A DNA stretch of 18,626 bases. It comes from Candidatus Micrarchaeota archaeon. Lineage in GTDB: Archaea > Micrarchaeota > Micrarchaeia > Anstonellales > Bilamarchaeaceae. The notes beneath the pieces are model-generated. The model made no database searches and was not told the DNA's origin. It saw only the letters and a list, made by a program, of their open reading frames with translations. The translations under genes and the position numbers were made by a program. Every line of letters begins with the position of its first letter. The stretch's first letter is position 1. The DNA lies in contig JBBITJ010000001.1 in assembly GCA_037440825.1 (NCBI GenBank), positions 63,777 through 82,402 on the forward strand. Direction: 5' to 3'. Below are positions 1-7,849 of this stretch, piece by piece.

Positions 1-44
1 CTGCTCCGCGAGCACTATCAGCGAATCTATTTGCGCTGGGAAGG

Positions 45-53
45 TTATAAATA
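45..53 (-). promoter_or_regulatory. Putative archaeal TATA box (TATTTATAA) for a gene running off the left edge
   Basis: AT-rich box downstream of the thyX stop. A possible GTG start (GTG CTC GCG GAG CAG) lies at 15 on the minus strand. Confidence 0.4.
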
Positions 54-83
54 TACGATTTACCATTTTTGCGACTTGGAGAA

Positions 84-1709
84 TCAGCTGTACTTCTTTT
101 TGATTTCGTCCATCTTCCTGTCTATCTTCTTCTCCGCCTCCAGCCTTTCCAATTCGTAACCCTTCATGTCCACGAACTTCATCCCTGCGGCTAAGACAGG
201 ATGGACGGAATTTATCTTCTTGTACACGTCCTGCGCCACCTTCCTGTAATCCTGGTGGCCCTGCGGAACGGAACGGAGTTCGGCGAAATGGTATGCCTCG
301 CGCAGATTCATCTTCATGTACCATCTCAGGCGGTATGCCAGCGGAACCGCGTATTGCGCCTGCTTCGGCATCTTCTTCGCGATTTGTTCGTAGGCGTTCC
401 TCGCAGCGTCCATCGCGTCCCTGAATTCCTTGCCGAAGCCCGCGTCCGCGACGTCAGGAGGCAAATCGTAGCCGAGGCTCGTGTTCAGGAGCTGGCGCTC
501 CTGGGTGAGTATGCGGTGGCGCTGGATGTCCCTGTAAGCGCCGAAATTGGCGCACACGTCGAACGTGTAGTACGTGTTCTCGAACGCGCGGTTGGGCTTG
601 TGCCTCCTGTTCTCCCTTTCCCCAATGTACGCTGTGAGCAGCTCCTTCGCCTTTTCCTTGGGAAGGGCGCTCGCGATCCCTTCCGCTTCCTTCATGGAAA
701 TATTTGAATATGAATAGATGATGGAGGAGAGCACCTTGGTTTCCGCGTCGGCGTCGTAATCCACGAGCGTCACAGTCTCCTCGAACGAAGACGATGTCTT
801 GGGACTGCTCACCACTTCGGAAACGAGCTTCGCGACCGAGGCTGCGGTCTTGGAGATATATTGCTGGTGCGCCTTCCCGTATTTGTCGTCCGTGCATTTT
901 ACGAACGCAGGGATCACCTTCCTGAGCTCGCCGTGCAGCGAAGAGGCAATATCCCGCATTTCCTGCAAATCGCTCGCGTACATCTTGGTGAGGAGGTACT
1001 CGAAGCTCCTTCCGTTGCCGAACACCCCCATGTTCGTGAGCGTGGATGCCGGAAGGAGACCGCGCAGGGAATCGCAGGTCTTCGCCCTTATCGTGGATGA
1101 ATAGGCGCGGTCCGAAACATCCTCCTGCTTGGGGAACTTCTCCTCGAAATATTTAGACATTCTCGGTATGAGGTTCGCGTACGTGCCGAAAAGGAGGTTG
1201 CAGGTGCTTTCGTAAAGCTCCGCGAACTCCGATCGCATGAGCTCCGGCTCGCGGTAGAAAAGGTATTTCCCGCCCTGCTTCTGGTCGAAATAGACGTAGC
1301 GCGTGCTCTTTTCAAGCGGCGAAATCCCGATGCGCGCGTCCTCTATGAATTTGGTCGCTATGTTCGAGATGCCCTCTATCGCGACGTGGGCGCCCGCGAG
1401 CTCTGCGATGCTGTCGTCCCCGAAGCCCACGAGCACGCGCTCGTAGAATTCCTCGGCCTTCTGCGTCGCAACGATCTTGGAGACGCCGCTGCCCTGCTGG
1501 AATTTCACCAGCTCCTCGAATCCGGTCTGTTTGTCCAGTATGAATTCATCAAGGAGGACTCGCCTGAGGCTCTTGGTGCTCCTGGAATAACGGGAGAACA
1601 GTGCGCCTTTCACCACTTCCGGAAGGTTTATGAGCCCGAAAATCCCCTTGTCGACGTTGGTCACGAAATTGGACAATATCTTCTCTTCTTCCGGTGTGAA
1701 TTCAGCCAT
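84..1709 (-). CDS. thyX: FAD-dependent thymidylate synthase, long tandem-domain form (541 aa)
   Basis: Motifs GALFSRYSRS, GFGDDSIAEL, SPLEKSTRY, RDIQRHR and ELRS..QGH..YR are typical of double-Thy1-domain ThyX. Start moved to ATG 1709 (MAEFTPEE), which lies downstream of a TATA-like box at 1741-1748. Confidence 0.92.
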   Translation of the reverse strand: MAEFTPEEEKILSNFVTNVDKGIFGLINLPEVVKGALFSRYSRSTKSLRRVLLDEFILDKQTGFEELVKFQQGSGVSKIVATQKAEEFYERVLVGFGDDSIAELAGAHVAIEGISNIATKFIEDARIGISPLEKSTRYVYFDQKQGGKYLFYREPELMRSEFAELYESTCNLLFGTYANLIPRMSKYFEEKFPKQEDVSDRAYSSTIRAKTCDSLRGLLPASTLTNMGVFGNGRSFEYLLTKMYASDLQEMRDIASSLHGELRKVIPAFVKCTDDKYGKAHQQYISKTAASVAKLVSEVVSSPKTSSSFEETVTLVDYDADAETKVLSSIIYSYSNISMKEAEGIASALPKEKAKELLTAYIGERENRRHKPNRAFENTYYTFDVCANFGAYRDIQRHRILTQERQLLNTSLGYDLPPDVADAGFGKEFRDAMDAARNAYEQIAKKMPKQAQYAVPLAYRLRWYMKMNLREAYHFAELRSVPQGHQDYRKVAQDVYKKINSVHPVLAAGMKFVDMKGYELERLEAEKKIDRKMDEIKKKYS

Positions 1710-1748
1710 GAAAAGCACGGATATAGAATTGCGGGGAAACAATAAAAA

Positions 1749-1950
1749 CTATTTGCCCGGCTGCGCGACAGTGGGAAGATGGCGGCGCACGATGGAAATG
1801 ATTCCGTCCAGCCTTGGCCGAACTCTTTCCTTGTTTTCCGCAAGCAGCCCTCCTTTTTTCATCTCCACCAGCGAAGCGAACAGAAAGAATTCCGAAACTG
1901 TTACGTGATCCCCCTTTCTTGGCAGCGATGGAGGCGGCTGCAGAAAACAT
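1749..1950 (-). other. Small hypothetical ORF (~66 aa) whose promoter-proximal ATG is one base out of frame, or a 37-aa ORF from ATG 1862
   Basis: The frame ending at TAG 1749-1751 reads FLQPPPSLPRKGDHVTVSEFFLFASLVEMKKGGLLAENKERVRPRLDGIISIVRRHLPTVAQPGK. ATG 1950 lies 23 nt below TTTTTAAA but is offset by one T (ATG TTT T CTG). Confidence 0.4.
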
Positions 1951-1987
1951 GAAATTATAGATTGCGGGAATTGTTTAAAAAGTAGTG

Positions 1988-2010
1988 AAAAAGGAAAAGA
2001 AAGGGAAAGA
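1988..2010 (-). terminator. Oligo-U/pyrimidine-rich archaeal terminator after the DUF4139-like gene
   Basis: The minus strand reads TCTTTCCCTTTCTTTTCCTTTTT immediately after the stop at 2012. Confidence 0.6.
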
Positions 2011-2011
2011 G

Positions 2012-3454
2012 TCAGACGGAGTACGCGTCAGCGTATCCATGGTAGTAGCGGCTGTCCGTCTTCACCACGATGGTGAATTTCAGCGTCTTTTCAGAGCCTG
2101 CCGGAACGGAGAGCCTCCACTTCACCTCGTTCTGGCTCACCTTCTCGTGAACGAGCGTCTCTTCGGTTATCGTCCATTCGCCGTAGGGGCTGAACGCGAG
2201 CACCACGTCAGCGCTGCTGGCCTTCTTGTTCTTCACGGTGGCCTCGTACTCGTAGGTTGTCGCGTAGATGTAGCCCGTCTCGTTCACGCAGATCGGCGCA
2301 TACATAGCTTCCATTATGCTGGGGTCGCAGTTCACGAGCGTCTCCTGGCTCTGATTCACAATCCTGCTCGTCCCCACAACGTCGAACGCGTTGCCGATGC
2401 TTATCCTGAGCTCCTCGCCCTTCGGAGTTTCCGAAATGTAGTCTTCGCCCACGAACCCTTCAGCGTCCATCACGCGCACGTTCCCTGCTGGAAGCGCGAT
2501 TCCCAGCCCTGAAGCGGCTGTGTTGTTCACCGATAGGTAGGTTGCGAGAGCCCGCGGCGCCTCGTAATCGTAGCCGGTTATCTCCATTTCATACGTCTTC
2601 CGTATCTGCGAAATCTGCTTCTCGAGCAGGTTGAACTTGCTCTCGCCTTGCTTGAGATCCACGTTGCCCAGGTCGAACTTGTAGAACTCCGAGACCGCGC
2701 TGGGCTCGTAATCCGGCGAGTAGCTGGCTTCCGCGGTCTTGCTGCGCGCGCCTGCCGCGTAGTCGTAATACGGATAATAGTATCTGCCCGAGCTCCTCTT
2801 CACCTGGCCGTAGAACAGCGAAAGCGAGACGTTCTCGTAGTCCTGCGCATAGTTGCTCACGGCGCCGTAGAGCGAGAGCGTGCCGCTGTCTCCGTTCAGG
2901 TAGAGCGTGTAGTCTGGATTCCAGGAAATCGAATCCATCAGGTAGGAGAGCTTCGCGTCCGTTGCCTGTGCCGAACTCAGCATGAACACGACGCTCGCGT
3001 TCGTGTCCTTCACTTCGCCTTCGAAACCCGGAAGCAGGTAGCTCTTAGGTGTTATTATGTAGAGCCCTTCCGAGGTCTTGACGTAAGCCCTTCCGTAGTC
3101 GAATTTCAGCAGGGTCCCTTTCACCTCCTTTCCGTCAGAATCGAATATCGAGACCTCCTTGCCCACGTAGAGATCGAGCAGGTCCGATTCCGAGGTGGAA
3201 TTCGCCTCGTTTATGTGCTGGCTCACCACATATCCTTTCGCAAGCCTGAGCGTTATGGAATCCAGCTCCACTCCGTACGGGAGCCCGAATGTGGCCTCGC
3301 CTCCCGATGTTTTCGCCGATGCCTCGTAGTACGCGAAATTGTCATAAACCACTAGCTTCTCGCCCTCGGCTTTCGCGAGCGTGAGCGAATAGAGCAGCGC
3401 GCCTCCGAGCAGGAGCGCCGCGATTGCGAACAATGCGACCTTAGTGTAATTCAT
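2012..3454 (-). CDS. Exported or membrane-anchored DUF4139-like protein (480 aa)
   Basis: N-terminal hydrophobic segment, then LSY....SWxPxY, GLGIALPAGxVRV, FVGED.I..TPKGE, IGNAFDV and WRLSVPAGSEKTLKFT, as in DUF4139 proteins. GGTGA ribosome-binding site 5 nt before ATG 3454, with a TATTTAAAA box further upstream. Confidence 0.75.
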   Translation of the reverse strand: MNYTKVALFAIAALLLGGALLYSLTLAKAEGEKLVVYDNFAYYEASAKTSGGEATFGLPYGVELDSITLRLAKGYVVSQHINEANSTSESDLLDLYVGKEVSIFDSDGKEVKGTLLKFDYGRAYVKTSEGLYIITPKSYLLPGFEGEVKDTNASVVFMLSSAQATDAKLSYLMDSISWNPDYTLYLNGDSGTLSLYGAVSNYAQDYENVSLSLFYGQVKRSSGRYYYPYYDYAAGARSKTAEASYSPDYEPSAVSEFYKFDLGNVDLKQGESKFNLLEKQISQIRKTYEMEITGYDYEAPRALATYLSVNNTAASGLGIALPAGNVRVMDAEGFVGEDYISETPKGEELRISIGNAFDVVGTSRIVNQSQETLVNCDPSIMEAMYAPICVNETGYIYATTYEYEATVKNKKASSADVVLAFSPYGEWTITEETLVHEKVSQNEVKWRLSVPAGSEKTLKFTIVVKTDSRYYHGYADAYSV

Positions 3455-3545
3455 GGCCCTCACCGATAGTGGATTCCTTCCCCGGATTTTAAATAGGTTA
3501 CAATTACGTTGGGCGCAGGCAAAACGCTGAACGCGGAACCGACAA

Positions 3546-4637
3546 TTATTCTAGGCTGCGCATACCTGCGAGGAACTCGCCCCACGCCGCCTTGGCTGTG
3601 CCGTTGTTGTACGCGAATCCCGGCGTTTCGAGGAAGCGTAGGTAGTCCCTGCTGTAAAGCTCCACTCCCAGGTCGTTCTCCATCGCTATGCTGTCCTCCA
3701 TGGACAGGTCGTAGAGGTAGAGGAAACCGAGGTATTCCATCGAGTCGAGGTGCGCCCGGTAGGACGAAAGCGCGTCGTGTATGTACTCCGCCTGCTGCAT
3801 CTCGCCGCTTCCGTATCCCTGCGAGCTCCACGCGCTCTCGGTCACCGCGAACTTCTTGCCTGCTTTCTTCGCTATGAGAGACATTTCCGCGAACGCCGCG
3901 TCCACTTCCGAAGGCGATGCACCCATCATCTGCGGGTAATAGGTGAAGCCAACCAGGTCCCCGATGGGGCCGAGCTCGCCTATCACGTCCATGTTGCCCT
4001 TCGTTTTCGCGTAGTGGAATGTGGATATTGTGCCGACCGCCACTCCTGGATACTTCGCCTTCACGGCTTTGTAAGTGTAATTGTAGAAGCGCGCGAAAGA
4101 ATCGAGCTGCCAGTCCCTGCTGCCGAAATACTCATCCACCTCGCTGCCTATCCACAGGTAGCTTATGCGGCCCTGGCAACGTTCAAGCGCGGCGAGCACG
4201 AAGTCCTTGAACTTCGCCCTCAGCGCAGAATCGTCGAAATAGGTGAACGGCACGCCCTTGGGCGTGGCGCCGGTCCTGTTTGCGTCCACAATGGTTATCA
4301 CGAGCGATACGCTCATGTTCCTGGAGAGTATTTCGTTGCAGGAGATGTCGAGCGAATCCCACTTGTATTCGTTCTTCTCGGGCTGGAGGTCTGCCCAGTC
4401 GTAATGCAAAGTGGATATTCCAACACCTGCGTCGCGCGCCGTATCGTACGTCTTCCTTATGTCTTCAGCGGTCCAGGTCTTCCCGGAACCGGGGAACGTG
4501 ATCACCATCGCCACCGGCGCAGACGGTTTCTCCACTGGCGAATCCAGCGAGAGGTATGTTTTGTCATTGGGGTTTTGCAAAGTGCAGCCCAGCAGCGCCA
4601 GCGCGGCCAAAATCAGGAAAAACGCCTTCTTTCCCAT
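3546..4637 (-). CDS. Lipoprotein with clan GH-A (TIM-barrel) glycoside hydrolase-like domain (363 aa)
   Basis: Start MGKKAFFLILAALALLG|C gives a signal peptide plus lipobox. Also WADLQP...YKWDSLD, WIGSEVD (acid/base position), GFTYYP and AVTESAW (nucleophile position). The longer ORF start at 4898 overlaps pus10 and is rejected. Confidence 0.75.
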   Translation of the reverse strand: MGKKAFFLILAALALLGCTLQNPNDKTYLSLDSPVEKPSAPVAMVITFPGSGKTWTAEDIRKTYDTARDAGVGISTLHYDWADLQPEKNEYKWDSLDISCNEILSRNMSVSLVITIVDANRTGATPKGVPFTYFDDSALRAKFKDFVLAALERCQGRISYLWIGSEVDEYFGSRDWQLDSFARFYNYTYKAVKAKYPGVAVGTISTFHYAKTKGNMDVIGELGPIGDLVGFTYYPQMMGASPSEVDAAFAEMSLIAKKAGKKFAVTESAWSSQGYGSGEMQQAEYIHDALSSYRAHLDSMEYLGFLYLYDLSMEDSIAMENDLGVELYSRDYLRFLETPGFAYNNGTAKAAWGEFLAGMRSLE

Positions 4638-4659
4638 GCGCGGATATTGGATGATGAGA

Positions 4660-4665
4660 TTTAAA
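4660..4665. promoter_or_regulatory. Palindromic TATA box (TTTAAA) centred between divergent, probably leaderless genes
   Basis: 22 nt from ATG 4637 (minus) and 21 nt from ATG 4687 (plus) in a 49-bp spacer. No ribosome-binding site is seen for either gene. Confidence 0.6.
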
Positions 4666-4686
4666 GACATTCCGAGAAACCAAATC

Positions 4687-5847
4687 ATGGGCCAGCTTTG
4701 CGGATTGTGCAGGAAAAGGAATGAGAGCCGGAACCCTGAATGGGGAACTGGAAGCAAGAGGCAGGGGACTGCGCCCTCCGACGCGAACTGCCATATCTGC
4801 AGGGGAGCTTCAGCGAAGCTGGACAAGCTGGTGGATGAGGCGGCTGAGAAGCTGCTGAATGCGCCGGGGATTTGGAAGAAGTTTTCGATCAGCACCAATA
4901 TCCCAAAAGAAATGATGGCGCGCGAGGAGGACGCATGGGATTATGGATTAGGGGAGAGCGTGAAGAACGAGTTCAACCGCCGCATAGTGTCCGGGCTGGA
5001 GAAAAAAACCGGGCTTGTTTATGATTTCGTGCGCGCTGACGTGAAAGTGACGTTCGACCTTGCAAGGATGGAAACGCGGGCTGAGAACGCGGACATTTTC
5101 ATATACGGGAAATACAGGAAATTCCGCAGCGACGTGGCGCAGAGCGAATGGACGTGCAGGGACTGCAACGGCAAAGGCTGCGAAAGGTGCGACTACGAGG
5201 GCGTGAAGTACGAATCCGTGGAGGCGATAATAGGGGAGAAGGCGAAGGGGCTCTACGGGGCGAAGGACGCTGAGCTGCACGCCTCGGGAAGGGAGGACGT
5301 GGACGCGCTCAACCTAGCAGGCAGGCCGTTCGTGCTCGAGCTCAGGAAGCCGGAAAAGGGGAAGGTTGATTTGGAAGCACTGCGGCAGGCGGTGAACGGG
5401 TCCGGCGAAGGGGTAGAGATTTCCGATTTGAAATACGTTTCGAATTCCGAGGTCGCGCTCGTGTCAGATTCGCACTTCGACAAGGCGTACGAGGCTGAAG
5501 TGGAAATAGAGGGCGGAACGCAAAACTCTGAACTCGAAACCACAATTGATAAGCTGAGAGGTATGGTGCTCCACCAGCGCACTCCGCACAGGGTGAAGCA
5601 CAGACGCAGCGACATGGTGAGGAAGAGGAAGATACTGGATATTAGGATCGCGCGGAAGGAGCCGCTCACAATATACGTGCTTGCAGAAGCTGGTACTTAC
5701 ATAAAGGAATTCATAAGCGGCGACGATGGCAGGACCAAGCCGAGCGTCTCTGAAATCCTCGGCAAGAAGGCAAAGTGTATTAAGCTTTCAGTGGTGGAAA
5801 TAAAAGACGGCTTCCTTGAGGACGTAATAGAGGATAGGTATGTTTGA
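4687..5847 (+). CDS. pus10: tRNA pseudouridine(54/55) synthase Pus10 (386 aa)
   Basis: YGKYRK..DVAQSEW, catalytic LHASGREDVD, GRPFVLE, QRTPHRVKHRRSDMVRKR, AGTYIKEFISGDDGRTKPS, and N-terminal CxxC...CxxC. Start placed at ATG 4687 (MGQLCGLC). Confidence 0.95.
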   Translation: MGQLCGLCRKRNESRNPEWGTGSKRQGTAPSDANCHICRGASAKLDKLVDEAAEKLLNAPGIWKKFSISTNIPKEMMAREEDAWDYGLGESVKNEFNRRIVSGLEKKTGLVYDFVRADVKVTFDLARMETRAENADIFIYGKYRKFRSDVAQSEWTCRDCNGKGCERCDYEGVKYESVEAIIGEKAKGLYGAKDAELHASGREDVDALNLAGRPFVLELRKPEKGKVDLEALRQAVNGSGEGVEISDLKYVSNSEVALVSDSHFDKAYEAEVEIEGGTQNSELETTIDKLRGMVLHQRTPHRVKHRRSDMVRKRKILDIRIARKEPLTIYVLAEAGTYIKEFISGDDGRTKPSVSEILGKKAKCIKLSVVEIKDGFLEDVIEDRYV

Positions 5848-6694
5848 ACGATACATTCTGGAAAGGATGGTGATGGACGGGGAACTCGTGAGGGTGGCCC
5901 TTGCAGTGGCAGGCACCGCGATCGCGAGCTGGTACGACCTGGCGAACAACCGGAATGTGCCAAACAATTTCCTATATGGATTCCTGGCAGTTGCAATATT
6001 GGCCAACGCGGTTTTCTTTCAGCAGGATGTTGTTGTTTTCGCAGCCGCAACCGCAGCGCTCATATTCGCCGCTGGATACGTGCTTTACAAAGTAGGTTAC
6101 ATAGGCGGAGCTGACGTTTACGTGCTCACGTCCATAGCGCTGCTCGTGCCGGTCTTCCCGTCGCACGTGGATGCGCTGTTCAACTTCCCGGTCGTGCTAT
6201 CCATATTGATAAACTCCGGCGTGCTGTTCGCCGCCTATTCATTATACCTCATAATATCTCACGCGGTACTGAATGGGAAGAAGGGGAAATACGAATACTT
6301 TCTCCTGGCGCCTGCGTACGGCGTGCTCCTCTACTTCCTCTCGTCCACAGGGGTTTTCGGCATCGGCTACCTGGCGGCGATAACGCTCCTCATATTCTCA
6401 TCAATACTCTTCATGGTTTACAGGGAAAGCGTAACAGCGGCGATGGCCCGCAAGGTACCTCTTTCCAAAGTCGAGGAGGAAGACGTGGCTGTGCTGGAGC
6501 TCATGCCTGCGCTCGCGAAGAAATACAAGATAAAGAGGCTGCTGGACGAGAAGGAGCTTGCGCGGCTTAGGAAGCTGGATGTGAAGTGGCTCTATGTGTA
6601 CAAGGAGTTGCCGCCGTTCCTTCCGTTCGTGCTCGCCGGGCTGCTGATTGCGGTGACGCTGGGAGACCTGCTCATGAATTCATTGAAGATATAA
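5840..6694 (+). CDS. A24-family prepilin/preflagellin peptidase (FlaK/PibD-like membrane aspartic protease)
   Basis: Multi-TM protein with ASWYDL..RNVPN (first Asp), IGGAD (GxGD-type second Asp) and C-terminal PFLPF. The true start may be ATG 5867 or 5873. Confidence 0.85.
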   Translation: MFERYILERMVMDGELVRVALAVAGTAIASWYDLANNRNVPNNFLYGFLAVAILANAVFFQQDVVVFAAATAALIFAAGYVLYKVGYIGGADVYVLTSIALLVPVFPSHVDALFNFPVVLSILINSGVLFAAYSLYLIISHAVLNGKKGKYEYFLLAPAYGVLLYFLSSTGVFGIGYLAAITLLIFSSILFMVYRESVTAAMARKVPLSKVEEEDVAVLELMPALAKKYKIKRLLDEKELARLRKLDVKWLYVYKELPPFLPFVLAGLLIAVTLGDLLMNSLKI

Positions 6695-6703
6695 GGTGGA
6701 AAA

Positions 6704-7240
6704 ATGGCGATATACACCAGGGCTGGGGACAAGGGCGAGACAGGGCTCATAGGAGGCAAGCGCGTAGCCAAGGACGATGCGCGAATAGAAGCGACAGGGC
6801 AGGTGGATGAGTTGAGCTCGGTTATAGGGATAGTGATAGCATTCTCTGACGACAATGAGCTTCGGGAGATGCTAACGAAAATACAGCGCACCCTTTTCGT
6901 GGTGGGAGCTGACCTCGCGACTCCTGCAGGGGAGAAGATAGCGATTCCGCGGCTTTCCCCGAGCAAGGTTAGCGAGATAGAGGCGCTCATAGACAAGGTT
7001 GACGCTGACCTTCCCAAAATAGAGAGCTTCATACTTCCGGGCGGAAGCAAGACGGCTTCACTTATGCACCTCGCGAGGACGATATGCAGGAAGGCCGAAC
7101 GGAGAGTTATAGCGCTCAACAGGCACGAGAAGGTCAACGAGGCGATTCCGATTTACCTGAACAGGCTGAGCGACCTCCTTTTCGTGCTCGCGCGCAGAAT
7201 AAACTACAGGAAAAAGATTCCGGAGACGCTGTGGAGGTAA
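6704..7240 (+). CDS. PduO-type ATP:cob(I)alamin adenosyltransferase (178 aa)
   Basis: IYTRAGDKGETGL, RIEATGQVDELSS, FILPGG, ARTICRKAER and YLNRLSDLLFVLAR. GGTGG ribosome-binding site 4 nt before the ATG. Confidence 0.95.
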   Translation: MAIYTRAGDKGETGLIGGKRVAKDDARIEATGQVDELSSVIGIVIAFSDDNELREMLTKIQRTLFVVGADLATPAGEKIAIPRLSPSKVSEIEALIDKVDADLPKIESFILPGGSKTASLMHLARTICRKAERRVIALNRHEKVNEAIPIYLNRLSDLLFVLARRINYRKKIPETLWR

Positions 7241-7243
7241 GCG

Positions 7244-7424
7244 TTTCCTGTTTCCAGGCGACTGTCCCTTCTGACTCCGCCAAACACCGCGCACCTCCGC
7301 GATTCGTCGCAGATGCAACGAAGTTTGGCGGTGTCACGGTATGGTCAAAGGTCGCGGTCGCGTTCCAGGTTTTGGGTTTGGGCGGCGAAACGCCGAACCC
7401 GCAACTGGAAACCGCCAAAGGAAA
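7244..7424. ncRNA. Candidate structured RNA or palindromic element of unknown family
   Basis: Nested helices: 7272-7285/7323-7336 (13 of 14 bp) enclosing hairpins 7287-7302 and 7303-7322; 7363-7368/7405-7410, 7374-7378/7396-7400 and 7383-7387/7391-7395; terminal 7244-7249/7419-7424. Confidence 0.5.
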
Positions 7425-7425
7425 G

Positions 7426-7433
7426 TTTAATAT
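7426..7433 (+). promoter_or_regulatory. TATA box (TTTAATAT) with purine-rich BRE for the NikR-like gene
   Basis: AAGGAAAG-TTTAATAT ends 32 nt before ATG 7466, and GGTG lies 5 nt before that ATG. Confidence 0.6.
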
Positions 7434-7465
7434 CTCCAGCCTGCTTTCTTATTAACGGTGTTCCG

Positions 7466-7849
7466 ATGGCAGAGATAATATCGATTTCGATAGACAGCGA
7501 GACCTCGCGCGAAGTCGAGGGCCTCATGAAAAAGGAGGGATACGGAAGCAGGAGCGAGCTCGTGCGCGCCGCGCTCAGGGGCTTCATCCTGGAAAGGAAG
7601 CAGATGGAGAAGCTTTCCGGGAAGGTGAATGCGGTGCTCGTGCTCGGCTACCCGTGCGGCAAGGAGGGCGAGATAGGCAGGATAAAGCACGAGTTCTGTA
7701 GCATAATAAATTTCCAGACCCACAGCCACGCGGAGGGCATGTGCGTCGAATCGTTCAGCCTTAGCGGCGACGCGAAGCTCGTGGGCGAGCTCTACAGGAA
7801 GCTCGGCAAATGCAGGAAAGCGGGATACTGCAAGATGATGGTGCTCTAG
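7466..7849 (+). CDS. NikR-like/CopG-family ribbon-helix-helix metal-responsive regulator (127 aa)
   Basis: IISISID...GYGSRSELVRAALR (RHH domain) followed by an ACT-like domain with KHEF...QTHSHAEGMC, matching the His/His-x-His/Cys metal ligands of NikR. Confidence 0.85.
   Translation: MAEIISISIDSETSREVEGLMKKEGYGSRSELVRAALRGFILERKQMEKLSGKVNAVLVLGYPCGKEGEIGRIKHEFCSIINFQTHSHAEGMCVESFSLSGDAKLVGELYRKLGKCRKAGYCKMMVL

Noticed and set aside
7241..7300. Cobalamin riboswitch (minus strand GAGTCAGAAG resembles part of the B12 box, next to a pduO-type gene)
   Set aside because: No AGGGAA, GCCACUG or GGGAAG core motifs, and the element is downstream of and antisense to the gene.
7134..7418. 94-aa minus-strand ORF over the structured spacer
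   Set aside because: TTG start, overlaps the adenosyltransferase gene by more than 100 nt and has no recognisable motifs.
7244..7424. Origin recognition boxes (GTTCCAG / CTGGAAAC half-sites)
   Set aside because: Only half-sites are present, with no AT-rich unwinding element between them and no cdc6/orc1 gene in the window.
7236..7430. RNase P or SRP RNA
   Set aside because: AGGAAAG and ACAG..GCTTA fragments occur on opposite strands, there is no SRP helix-8 motif, and the element is short.
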